A DNA stretch of 31,524 nucleotides from an uncultured Candidatus Saccharibacteria bacterium (lineage in GTDB: Bacteria > Patescibacteriota > Andersenbacteria > UBA10190): the NCBI GenBank assembly GCA_964622915.1, contig CAZUSC010000021.1, positions 1 through 31,524 on the forward strand, read 5' to 3'. This document shows positions 1-9,698 of the stretch, one piece after another. The translations under genes were made by a program, and so were the position numbers. Numbering within the stretch: the first letter of the stretch is position 1; each line of letters begins with the position of its first letter. Under the pieces are notes generated by a model. That model saw only the letters and a program-made list of their open reading frames with translations. It made no database searches and was not told where the DNA came from.

Positions 1-15
1 AACGTTACCGCTCTA

Positions 16-47
16 TTTACTACCATATATCAATATATGGTAGTAAA
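16..47. repeat. Perfect 15-bp inverted repeat with 2-nt spacer (operator-like palindrome)
   Basis: TTTACTACCATATAT (16-30) - CA - ATATATGGTAGTAAA (33-47), read directly; the arms are exact reverse complements. Confidence 0.9.
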
Positions 48-93
48 AATGGATGTACTTATTTGTCGGTCAGCAATTTGCCGGCATTCAAAT

Positions 94-507
94 CTAATTT
101 AGAAAGCGAAAGATTATTTCTATCGCCAGAAGACCCGTCACAGCAATTTCCAGAAGCGGCGTGATGCCGACCCCACCTACAGTGGGCATGATGTTGGCAT
201 ACGTCCAGCGTTTGAGGCGGGCGGATATTTTTTCATTAATGAAAGCAAAGCCCAGCGCTAGTATCAAAAAGAAAGCAACGGCGTAAGTGTTCGATAGAAT
301 ATCTGCCTGCCTAAATATCAAAGCAGTTAGTGAATAAAATAAAACAATAAACAAGCCATCCTTTAACGACATTTTTATCAGAAGCGGCGCATTTTGCGCC
401 CAAGTCTGCCGCCGACAAGTTTCGTACAGCTGGCAGTGAGCGAACTCCCAGATCAAATTGAGTAGAAATCCAACAACAAAAATTTGAAGTAAAAGAACTG
501 CCGTCAT
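94..507 (-). CDS. Hypothetical integral membrane protein (about 137 aa, about 4 TM)
   Basis: ORF track gives 94..552. ATG at 507 (MTAVLLL...) avoids overlap with atpC. Hydrophobic helices with conserved-looking motifs LIWEFAH and RWTY..IMPTVGGVGITPLLE. Confidence 0.7.
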   Translation of the reverse strand: MTAVLLLQIFVVGFLLNLIWEFAHCQLYETCRRQTWAQNAPLLIKMSLKDGLFIVLFYSLTALIFRQADILSNTYAVAFFLILALGFAFINEKISARLKRWTYANIMPTVGGVGITPLLEIAVTGLLAIEIIFRFLN

Positions 508-517
508 CAGCGAGGAT

Positions 518-955
518 TTAAGCAAACTTTTTATGGCGGCGACGCAGCTCACTCACTTTGAGGCGAGCCATATTTTGTTCAATAACCGACAGAGCTTCAG
601 CCAGTGAAACTTTGGTGCGGGCGTTTTTCAACAACTGGCGGGCTTCTTCGAGCGCTTCTTTTGCTTTCAATTCATCAATATCCTCGGCGCGCTCGGCGGT
701 ATCGGCCAGCAGGCGGACACGGCGGCCATCAATCTCCACAAATCCTCCAGCCGTTGCCAAGTGTTCAAATTCGCCCTGGGTTTTTCCTTCGTGATGTTTA
801 ATAGAAATAACGCCGGGCGAAACCACTGAAATTAGCGGAATATGATGCGGCAAAATACCAACCTCGCCGTCGGGAGTCGGCAGTTGGACTTGTGCCACTT
901 CGGACTGAAAAGTTTGCCCGTGCGGCGTAACTATTTCGAAAGAAAGTGAAGCCAT
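518..955 (-). CDS. atpC: F1 ATP synthase epsilon subunit
   Basis: FEIVTP...LPT.DGEVGILPHH.PL beta-sandwich, GGFVEI..VRLLADTAE, C-terminal helical hairpin; last gene of the atp operon. Confidence 0.97.
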   Translation of the reverse strand: MASLSFEIVTPHGQTFQSEVAQVQLPTPDGEVGILPHHIPLISVVSPGVISIKHHEGKTQGEFEHLATAGGFVEIDGRRVRLLADTAERAEDIDELKAKEALEEARQLLKNARTKVSLAEALSVIEQNMARLKVSELRRRHKKFA

Positions 956-970
956 AGTATTAATACAATC

Positions 971-1136
971 TTGGCTTAATGAAAAAATATTGAGCGGGTC
1001 CTGTCTTCGCGGCTTCCCGCCCTTCGCATAAAGCTTCGGCAGGGCAAGGCACCCTTTAGGTCACGCTGCGCCCAGCGAAGCTTTAGCGTAGTTGGGCCGC
1101 TAACCACCCGTTTATTAAAAAAATTCATTAAGCCAA
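971..1136. mobile_element. 166-bp foldback (MITE/REP-like) element between atpD and atpC
   Basis: Perfect 13-bp terminal inverted repeat TTGGCTTAATGAA (971-983) / TTCATTAAGCCAA (1124-1136). Nested stems GCGGGT/ACCCGT and GCGGC/GCCGC. Two internal hairpins (about 1019-1045 and 1071-1096) are inverted variants of a CGC(A)TAAAGCTTCG core. No clean target-site duplication. Confidence 0.6.
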
Positions 1137-1139
1137 ATA

Positions 1140-2555
<1,416 letters not shown>

Positions 2556-2562
2556 TTATGTG

Positions 2563-2583
2563 AATTTCTAATTTCTAATTTCT
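2563..2583. repeat. Heptamer tandem repeat (AATTTCT)x3
   Basis: Three exact copies fill most of the atpG-atpD spacer. Confidence 0.85.
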
Positions 2584-2589
2584 AAAAAA

Positions 2590-3480
2590 TTATATGGTTG
2601 CCTGCGCTCCGGCAGAAATTTCTGCCAACTCCTGGGTAATTACCGCCTGTCGGGCGCCGTTATAAGTTAAAGTTAAATCGGAGGTTATCTCTTCGGCATT
2701 ATCAGAAGCATTTTTCATCGCCATCATGCGCATGACTTGTTCGCTGGCATTGGCTTCCAGGGCGGCTTGGTATATTTGCGTATCAATAAATCGCGGAATG
2801 ATAAACTGGAGAACGGCGGCCGGTGAAGGCTCAAAGATGGATTCCGCCACAGTGGTACTAATTTCGGCTGCCTCTGGCAGCAGCTTGGCCGGATCAATGG
2901 GTAGTATATCGCGGCGAACTACCGCTTGGCGCACCATAGAAACAAAATCAGTATAGATAAGACTTACGGAATCAATTTTCTCCTGTTTAAATAAATTAAG
3001 TGCCGTCACAGCAATGGGTTGGACGTCCGTTACCTGGACCTTCGCCGGCCAATCCGTGTAAGTGCCCACCAGTTCAATTCTGCCTGATAACTTGGCAGCA
3101 AGCTGCGCTCCTTTTCGTCCAATGACAATGAGTTTGGTGGAAATGGCCAGTGCGCTATTCTCGGCCACTGTAAGTTCGGATAACAAGACCTTAAAAATAT
3201 TACTGTTATAAGCCCCGGCCAAACCGCGGTCTCCGCTAAAGAGCACAAATAGCTGGCTTTTCACCGGACGCTGGATAAAAAGATCATGGTCTTCCGCTTT
3301 AAGCCGTTGGCGCAGATGTGCAATAGCCTCGCGTATAGCAATAGCGTAAACGCGCGAACGCAATGTTGCTTCCTGCGCCCGGCGCAGCTTGCTGGCTGCC
3401 ACCATTTCCATTGCTTTGGTGATTTGATTGACGTTCTTTACCGACTTGATGCGCCGGCGAATTTGTTGAATTTTAGCCAC
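2590..3480 (-). CDS. atpG: F1 ATP synthase gamma subunit
   Basis: ITKAMEMVAASKLRRAQ, SGDRGLAGAYNSN, MMAMKNASDNA, YNGARQAVITQELAEI. Confidence 0.99.
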   Translation of the reverse strand: MAKIQQIRRRIKSVKNVNQITKAMEMVAASKLRRAQEATLRSRVYAIAIREAIAHLRQRLKAEDHDLFIQRPVKSQLFVLFSGDRGLAGAYNSNIFKVLLSELTVAENSALAISTKLIVIGRKGAQLAAKLSGRIELVGTYTDWPAKVQVTDVQPIAVTALNLFKQEKIDSVSLIYTDFVSMVRQAVVRRDILPIDPAKLLPEAAEISTTVAESIFEPSPAAVLQFIIPRFIDTQIYQAALEANASEQVMRMMAMKNASDNAEEITSDLTLTYNGARQAVITQELAEISAGAQATI

Positions 3481-3489
3481 AGGATTACT

Positions 3490-5031
3490 CTAAGCCAGAT
3501 TATTAGTAAGGCTGGCGACCGCCTGCCGGCCAATGGCTAACATTTTCTCTTTTGCTTCATCGGACAGTTGTCCTGTTTCCTCTATTTCTTTTAACTCATC
3601 CACTGCCTCCCGCCTTACCGCTTCCACCATTAGATCGGCTGCTTCACGGACTTTCTCCGGCGCGATACTGTCAAAAATTCCGCTAGTAGCTCCCAGTAGT
3701 ACAGCTACTTGGTCACTCAAACTAACCGGCTGATATAGACCTTGCTTTAGGACTTCCGTTAAACGCCGGCCGCGCTCAATGCGCTGCTTGGTATCCGGAT
3801 CAAGATCGGTAGAAAGTTGAGCAAAGGCTGCCAGCTTGCGGTATTGGGCCAACTCCAAACGTAACCGACCGGCTACTGACTTCATAGCTTTAGTCTGGGC
3901 GGAACCTCCTACGCGTGAGACCGACAAACCAACGTTGATAGCCGGGCGAATACCTTGGTAGAACAAGTCGCTTTCTAAATAAATCTGACCATCAGTTATC
4001 GAAATTACGTTAGTGGGAATATAAGCCGAAACGTCATTGGATTGCGTTTCAATAATAGGTAAGGCCGTTAACGATCCCCCGCCCTGTTCAGCTGATAGTT
4101 TAGCCGCTCGCTCTAGTAACCGGGAATGCAAATAAAATACGTCACCTGGATATGCTTCACGTCCCGGCGGCCGGCGCAGAAGCAAGGACATTTGCCGGTA
4201 AGCCCAAGCATGCTTAGACAAATCATCATAAACAATTAAAGCGTCTTTACCTTTATCGCGGAAATATTCTCCCATCGCGCAGCCGGCATAGGGCGCGATG
4301 TATTGCAGTGAAGCCGGGTCAGCAGCGGAAGTCATGACCACAATTGTCGATGCCAACGCTCCTTCTTGACGCAGCCGGTCCACAATTCGCGCCACCGTGC
4401 TTTGTTTCTGGCCGATGGAAACATAAATGGAAATTACTCCCGTATTTTGCCGATGCTGATTAATAATTGTATCAATCGCCACCGCCGTTTTGCCGGTTTG
4501 CCTGTCGCCAATGATTAACTCGCGCTGGCCGCGGCCGATGGGGATCATGGCATCAATGGCTTTAATGCCGGTCGGTAAAGGCTGTTTAACAGACTGTCTA
4601 GCAATAACACCGGGCGCAATTTTTTCCACCGCGCTAAATTCCGTTGTCTTAATGGGACCCAGTCCATCTAATGGATTCCCTAATGGATCAACTACCCTTC
4701 CCACCATTGCCTCGCCCACCGGCACTTCCAGAATTTTACCCGTGAGGTGTGCGCCAGCTCCGGCGCGAACCAGTCGATCATCGCCCAAAAGCACTGCTCC
4801 CACTTGATCCTCTTCTAAGTTCAAAGCAAAAGCAAAAACGTCTTGCTGGGCGTCCTCGCTATCCAGCTGAATCATTTCGTTGTATCCGCACCGGCGCAGG
4901 CCGTAAACCCAGACAATGCCGTCGCTAACCTTAGTGACAATACCAACTTCTTCAATGGCCGGAGTTGTTTTAAGGTCAGCAATTGCTGCCTTTAGTTCTT
5001 GCGATAATTCTTGTAATGAAATTCTAGCCAT
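3490..5031 (-). CDS. atpA: F1 ATP synthase alpha subunit
   Basis: Walker [48 protein letters not shown]. Confidence 0.99.
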   Translation of the reverse strand: MARISLQELSQELKAAIADLKTTPAIEEVGIVTKVSDGIVWVYGLRRCGYNEMIQLDSEDAQQDVFAFALNLEEDQVGAVLLGDDRLVRAGAGAHLTGKILEVPVGEAMVGRVVDPLGNPLDGLGPIKTTEFSAVEKIAPGVIARQSVKQPLPTGIKAIDAMIPIGRGQRELIIGDRQTGKTAVAIDTIINQHRQNTGVISIYVSIGQKQSTVARIVDRLRQEGALASTIVVMTSAADPASLQYIAPYAGCAMGEYFRDKGKDALIVYDDLSKHAWAYRQMSLLLRRPPGREAYPGDVFYLHSRLLERAAKLSAEQGGGSLTALPIIETQSNDVSAYIPTNVISITDGQIYLESDLFYQGIRPAINVGLSVSRVGGSAQTKAMKSVAGRLRLELAQYRKLAAFAQLSTDLDPDTKQRIERGRRLTEVLKQGLYQPVSLSDQVAVLLGATSGIFDSIAPEKVREAADLMVEAVRREAVDELKEIEETGQLSDEAKEKMLAIGRQAVASLTNNLA

Positions 5032-5419
5032 TCGTTTTTTTTCTAATCAGATTAAGTAAGGTAGCAATCGATATATCAAGCTGACCCATTGGCGTCTCCG
5101 CTACCAGGCCGCCTTTCAGGGCTGGGGTAATGGCTGCTTGCAGGTGGCTGGTATTAGCCCCGCTGCTTGCCTGGAATAGACTAGCCAGACGGTCAGCTAG
5201 CTTGGGCGGCAAAGGACGGGCACTGCGCACCTGGATCTCTACCTGTCCGTCTGTCTGCAGACGTAATTTGGCCGCTTCTTTCATCAACACATCCACCTCG
5301 CCGCTCCAGCCGCGAGCAACTACTTCCCTAGCCAACAGAGGTAAAACTTGCTCCCGCGGATATTTTTCCAGTAGTACCAGCATGCCGCGGACAAACTTTT
5401 TACGAGAAACTTTCTCCAT
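5024..5419 (-). CDS. atpH: ATP synthase delta subunit, short form (about 131 aa)
   Basis: Lies between atpF and atpA; C-terminal OSCP-like VRSARPL...[11 protein letters not shown]...LDISI. ATG 5419 preferred over TTG 5431. Confidence 0.85.
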   Translation of the reverse strand: MEKVSRKKFVRGMLVLLEKYPREQVLPLLAREVVARGWSGEVDVLMKEAAKLRLQTDGQVEIQVRSARPLPPKLADRLASLFQASSGANTSHLQAAITPALKGGLVAETPMGQLDISIATLLNLIRKKTNG

Positions 5420-5434
5420 ACCCAGTAACAACTA

Positions 5435-5992
5435 TTAAGAAATTCTAGCGGCTGCTTCCTGCAACGCCCGGGCCAATAGTTCAGCGTCTTTTTTTTCATC
5501 CAGCTTGACATCAATAATCTTCTCCGTCGCTGCCACCACCAAGCTTCCTAATTCTCCCTTTATTTGCTGGCGGGCAATGCTGACTTCTTGCTCAATTTTT
5601 GATTTTCCCTGCTTGATAATCTGGTCGGCCCGCGACTGTGCTTCTTCTTCTGCCGCGGACTTAAGCGCCGTAGCTTGTTGCTTGCTTTGCTGCATAATCT
5701 TATGCGCCTGGCCTTCCGCCTGTTTGATAATTTGGTGGCGCTGCCCTTCCGTCTTCTTTTTGGCCTCCTCCACCTCGGCTGCCGTACGGAGGCTTTCTTC
5801 AATCACGGCTTGGCGCTGGGACAGAATGCTCATGATGGGCTTGTAAGCAAACTTCTTCAGCAGCCAAAGTAAAATTGCGAAGTTGACCACTTGCCAAATC
5901 AAGGCACGGACATCCAAGCCAATAGCAGAGATACCGCCAGCCTCTACGGCAAGCGGCGCCTCTTCGGCGGCTAAGGCGACAAGCGTCCACAT
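5435..5992 (-). CDS. atpF: F0 ATP synthase b subunit
   Basis: LIWQVVNFAILLWLLKKFAYKPI membrane anchor followed by a long charged coiled coil. Confidence 0.97.
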   Translation of the reverse strand: MWTLVALAAEEAPLAVEAGGISAIGLDVRALIWQVVNFAILLWLLKKFAYKPIMSILSQRQAVIEESLRTAAEVEEAKKKTEGQRHQIIKQAEGQAHKIMQQSKQQATALKSAAEEEAQSRADQIIKQGKSKIEQEVSIARQQIKGELGSLVVAATEKIIDVKLDEKKDAELLARALQEAAARIS

Positions 5993-6016
5993 ACTCTAAG
6001 TTAACTCCCAATTATA

Positions 6017-6051
6017 AATTTCCATTTTCTATTTTCCAATTTCTAATTTCT
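6017..6051. repeat. Degenerate heptamer tandem repeat x5 (AATTTCC ATTTTCT ATTTTCC AATTTCT AATTTCT)
   Basis: Read directly in the atpE-atpF spacer; same unit as at 2563-2583. Confidence 0.8.
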
Positions 6052-6052
6052 T

Positions 6053-6280
6053 TTACACGAACTTTAGAATCAAAGCCACGACCAGTGAATAGATGGCGAT
6101 GGCTTCGGCAAAAGCCACGACCAGAATCAGAATAGTCTGCAATTTACCGGCCGCCTCCGGATTACGGCCGATTGCTTCCATTGCTTTGGCGCCCATCCAG
6201 CCAATCGCTAGAGCGGGGAAAACGCCGCCCAAGGCGATGGTTAAGCCAGGCATGATAGTTTTTATTGTTTCTGGTTCCAT
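6053..6280 (-). CDS. atpE: F0 ATP synthase c subunit (H+-type)
   Basis: Loop GRNPEA and ion-binding Glu in FAEAIAIY. Lacks the Gln and E-S/T ligands of Na+-binding c subunits. Confidence 0.98.
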   Translation of the reverse strand: MEPETIKTIMPGLTIALGGVFPALAIGWMGAKAMEAIGRNPEAAGKLQTILILVVAFAEAIAIYSLVVALILKFV

Positions 6281-6308
6281 AGATTTTTATTTATTAACTT
6301 ATTAATTA

Positions 6309-7121
6309 TTAAGTACTAGCACGGTGATGACCTAAACCGTGATTCTCGATAGACAATTGCTCCGGCGCCGCTTCATGCTCGGCGTGCTCGCCGTGTTCGG
6401 AAGTAGCAATTTCCAAAAACACCAGTGTCAGCATGGTAAAGACTAGCGCCTGCACCAACCCAACAAATAATTCTAGACCAAAGAAGGGCAGTGGCGCTAG
6501 CGCTGGCGCCAGATAGGCAATAACCACCAGCAAGACCTCGCCGGCAAAGATGTTGCCAAACAACCGGAAGGAAAAAGAAATCATTTTGGAAAACTCTGAT
6601 ACCAACTCCAGCAGCCCGACAAACAGCAATACTGGGTTAAGACTGAAATACTTGCTCAAATGCTTAAACAGTCCCAGCTCCCGAATAGCATAGACCTGTG
6701 TCATGACGACCGAAATCATAGCCAGCGCTAAAGTGGTATTTAAATCAGCCGTCGCTCCTCGAAAAAGAGGGACCACTCCGTGCTCGGTGGCAATAGTAAT
6801 GGAGCCAAAACCGGGCAGCAGCCCCAACCAGTTATTAACCAAAATGAACGTAAACAGTGTCATTAATAGTGGAAAAAATCGCGCGGCTTTGGCAGAGTCT
6901 TGGGTTACTTGCTCGATCAAATTTAAAATTGCCTCGCTGACTGCTTCCACGGCGTTGGCTAACTTACTAGCAGGCTGAAGGCGGACACTGCGGGCCGCCA
7001 AGTAGAAAAGAGTGAAGATAATAATACTGCCCACCAGACCGGCTAACAAGGAGTTATTAACGGACAGACCGCCTATGTTAAAGACTTCTTCCGCTGCCAA
7101 TGAAATGTGTAAATTAGCCAT
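6309..7121 (-). CDS. atpB: F0 ATP synthase a subunit with His/Glu-rich C-terminal tail
   Basis: FILVNNWLGLLPG, TADLNTTLALA, SFSFRLFGNIFAGE (conserved Arg), ELFVGLVQALVFTML. Confidence 0.98.
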   Translation of the reverse strand: MANLHISLAAEEVFNIGGLSVNNSLLAGLVGSIIIFTLFYLAARSVRLQPASKLANAVEAVSEAILNLIEQVTQDSAKAARFFPLLMTLFTFILVNNWLGLLPGFGSITIATEHGVVPLFRGATADLNTTLALAMISVVMTQVYAIRELGLFKHLSKYFSLNPVLLFVGLLELVSEFSKMISFSFRLFGNIFAGEVLLVVIAYLAPALAPLPFFGLELFVGLVQALVFTMLTLVFLEIATSEHGEHAEHEAAPEQLSIENHGLGHHRAST

Positions 7122-7126
7122 GATTC

Positions 7127-7363
7127 TTAAGATAGTCTTTTAATCTTGCGAGCGATGGCGATAGTAGAAATCACCATGGAGAAAACGAGCGCAACAATGA
7201 TAAATAACGGGGTCGTACCTAAGGTCTTATCTAATTTAATGCCGCCCAAAATTAGTAACACTAAGGGGAGGGCAATAATAAGACCTATTTCTCCCGCCAC
7301 AGCCCACACATTAATAATGGGAGGCGGAGACGAGGGAGGTTTTTGAGAATTTGTCGATTGCAT
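7127..7363 (-). CDS. atpI: AtpZ/AtpI family (ATPase gene 1) small membrane protein
   Basis: First gene of the atp operon; two TM helices with G..LD...GT.PLF motif. Confidence 0.85.
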   Translation of the reverse strand: MQSTNSQKPPSSPPPIINVWAVAGEIGLIIALPLVLLILGGIKLDKTLGTTPLFIIVALVFSMVISTIAIARKIKRLS

Positions 7364-7416
7364 CAGCTAAATTGATTATAACAACAAAAGCGGCAATGAC
7401 TGCCTGCTTTCGCCCG

Positions 7417-7444
7417 ATGATAGTAACCAAAGCCGTTCTGTCAA
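7417..7444 (-). promoter_or_regulatory. Candidate sigma70 promoter of the atp operon
   Basis: Minus strand TTGACA-16 nt-TATCAT. A second exact TATAAT lies at 7375-7380, 11 nt before the atpI ATG. Confidence 0.5.
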
Positions 7445-7484
7445 GGGGTACTATTATTGACACAATACACGCAATATTTCTTAA

Positions 7485-7518
7485 TTAAAACAATTAAAGG
7501 GCAGTACTTTTTTGCCCT
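7485..7518 (-). terminator. Candidate intrinsic terminator downstream of hppA
   Basis: Minus strand AGGGCA-9 nt-TGCCCT followed by TTAATTGTTTT; preceded by a second hairpin GCCGCC/GGCGGC (7527-7547). Confidence 0.45.
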
Positions 7519-7552
7519 CTTGACCTGCCGCCGCTCGCATAGGCGGCTTTCG

Positions 7553-9601
7553 TTACTTAACTAGCAGCGGCGCCAAAGCCAACGTCAAAGTTGCCAGTAA
7601 TTTGATCAAAACGTGAAGGGAAGGTCCGGCGGTGTCTTTGAAAGGATCGCCCACAGTATCTCCAGTGACTGCCGCTTGATGTGTTGGCGATTTTTTACCG
7701 CCGTATTGTCCGGTTTCAATCCATTTCTTGGCATTGTCCCAAGCTCCGCCAGCGTTGTTCATCAAAGTCGCCATCAAAATACCAGCAATGGTACCAACCA
7801 TAATCAACCCTGCTTCTGCTTCTGCTCCCAAAGTTAGCCCAACAATAACAGGCACGGCTACCGCTAGCACACCCGGCGCTATCATCTGACGCAAAGCACC
7901 CCGGGTAGTAATATCAACTGCTTTCGAATAATCAGGTTTAACTTTACCGGTCATGATGCCCGGATTGTCTTTGAACTGTCGTCGTACTTCATTGATAATA
8001 GCGTAAGCTGCCTTGCTAACCGCCCGTATAGCTAAAGAAGAAAATACAAACACTAGCGTGGCTCCAATTAAGGCGCCCACGAATACTTCTACTTTAGCCA
8101 AATCAACAGTTTCGATACGCACTTCTTCTAAGTAAGCAGTAAACAGTAAGAAAGCGGCCAGCGCCGCTGAACCAATGGCATAACCCTTTGTTAATGCTTT
8201 GGTGGTATTACCAGCCGAATCCAGCTTATCCATAACGGCGCGCGATTTTTCGCCCTCACCAGACATTTCCGCAATACCGGCTCCGTTATCAACAATCGGG
8301 CCGAACGTATCCATCGCTAGCACATAAGCAGCGGTTGCCAACATGCCCATGGTAGCAACGGCAGTGCCATATAATCCGCCACCATCAATTCCCGACTGCA
8401 GGCCGAGACGATAAGCAATCAATAACGCGGCAGAAATAGTTAGAACGGTTAAGCCAGTTGATTCCAAACCGACAGCGTAACCCGAAATAATATTAGTAGC
8501 ATGTCCCGTCTGGGAAGATTCGGCGATCTCTTTCACTGGACGATACTTAGCTTCGGTGTAGTACTGCGTAATGTAAATAAAGATAATGCTGGTTATGATA
8601 CCGACTAATCCCGCCCAGAAAAACCACATATTGCCCAGCATGTATTTGGTAACAAAGTAAAAAGAAATGGTCGCCAGAATGGAAGTGATGTAATAACCCC
8701 TGTTCAATGCTTTCATTGGATCTTCGTCTTCCTTGGGTTGCGCTAGCAGCACTCCTATCACTGAAGATACTAGACCAAAGGCCCGTAGTACCAACGGGAA
8801 CACGATGCCAGCCACTCCAAAGACGGGAAAAAGAGCCGCCCCTAAAATCATTGCTCCAATATTTTCTGCGGCAGTTGATTCAAACAAATCCGCTCCGCGA
8901 CCGGCGCAATCCCCCACGTTATCTCCTACTAAATCCGCAATCACGGCTGGGTTACGAGGATCGTCTTCCGGAATACCCGCCTCTATTTTACCGACTAAGT
9001 CAGCGCCGACGTCCGCTGCCTTGGTATAGATTCCGCCGCCTAGCTGGGCGAATAACGCAACAAGGGAAGCGCCAAAGCCATAGCCGACGATCAAAGTTGG
9101 GATTTCTGTTGGCTGATAACCAAGCTGGCGGTAAATTACGAATAAACCGGCAATACCGATTAGGCTTAAGGAAACGATCGTCACCCCGGAAACGGCGCCA
9201 CCGCGCAGCGCAATAGTGAGTGCTGCCGAAAAACTATTCTTGGCCGCGGCGGCCGAGCGCACATTAGCACGCACCGCTACCCACATGCCAATAATTCCGG
9301 AAACTCCCGAGGAAATAGCCCCCAGCAGTAAAGAAATGGCAGTATGCCAGCCGACATCCGCTTTGCCCACCGCCATATACGCAAACAGGAAGCCCAGCGC
9401 TATTACAAATCCAATCAAAGTTATGGTTCGGTATTGGCGTCTTAAGAAAGCATAAGCGCCTTCTTGAATAGCTGCCGCCACCTCTTGCATTGCCGCTGTA
9501 CCTTGGTTCTTACTCATGATCCATGAGTACAGCCAGTAGGCAAAAACCAGCGATCCGGCTGGAAAAGCGAGAGAAATAGCCATGGCGTTAAAATAAGTCA
9601 T
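7553..9601 (-). CDS. hppA: Membrane-bound K+-independent H+-translocating pyrophosphatase
   Basis: GGGIYTKAADVGADLVGK, EDDPRNPAVIADLVGDNVGD, GGAWDNAKK, GDTVGDPFKDTAGP. GNTTKA (Lys) marks the K+-independent class. Confidence 0.97.
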   Translation of the reverse strand: MTYFNAMAISLAFPAGSLVFAYWLYSWIMSKNQGTAAMQEVAAAIQEGAYAFLRRQYRTITLIGFVIALGFLFAYMAVGKADVGWHTAISLLLGAISSGVSGIIGMWVAVRANVRSAAAAKNSFSAALTIALRGGAVSGVTIVSLSLIGIAGLFVIYRQLGYQPTEIPTLIVGYGFGASLVALFAQLGGGIYTKAADVGADLVGKIEAGIPEDDPRNPAVIADLVGDNVGDCAGRGADLFESTAAENIGAMILGAALFPVFGVAGIVFPLVLRAFGLVSSVIGVLLAQPKEDEDPMKALNRGYYITSILATISFYFVTKYMLGNMWFFWAGLVGIITSIIFIYITQYYTEAKYRPVKEIAESSQTGHATNIISGYAVGLESTGLTVLTISAALLIAYRLGLQSGIDGGGLYGTAVATMGMLATAAYVLAMDTFGPIVDNGAGIAEMSGEGEKSRAVMDKLDSAGNTTKALTKGYAIGSAALAAFLLFTAYLEEVRIETVDLAKVEVFVGALIGATLVFVFSSLAIRAVSKAAYAIINEVRRQFKDNPGIMTGKVKPDYSKAVDITTRGALRQMIAPGVLAVAVPVIVGLTLGAEAEAGLIMVGTIAGILMATLMNNAGGAWDNAKKWIETGQYGGKKSPTHQAAVTGDTVGDPFKDTAGPSLHVLIKLLATLTLALAPLLVK

Positions 9602-9607
9602 CTAGGC

Positions 9608-9636
9608 ATGATGAGTACCTGGTCTAATAAAGTCAA
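9608..9636 (-). promoter_or_regulatory. Candidate promoter of hppA (would give a leaderless mRNA)
   Basis: Minus strand TTGACT-17 nt-CATCAT, ending 6 nt before the ATG at 9601. Confidence 0.35.
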
Positions 9637-9698
9637 CTAGAATATTTCCACAATAAAGAAACTGCCTCGGCCACAGCCTGATGCTTTATTGCTAATTC

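Noticed and set aside
508-552. Longer N-terminus (MSCVAAIK...) of the 94..552 ORF
   Set aside because: Overlaps the atpC 3' end by 35 nt; an ATG at 507 gives a clean start.
7457-7486. Plus-strand TTGACA suggesting an antisense promoter into hppA
   Set aside because: No convincing -10 at 16-18 nt in an AT-rich spacer; could be chance.
6053-9601. Na+-based bioenergetics (Na+-PPase or Na+-ATPase)
   Set aside because: The PPase has GNTTKA, not GNTTAA, and the c subunit lacks the Gln and Ser/Thr Na+ ligands.
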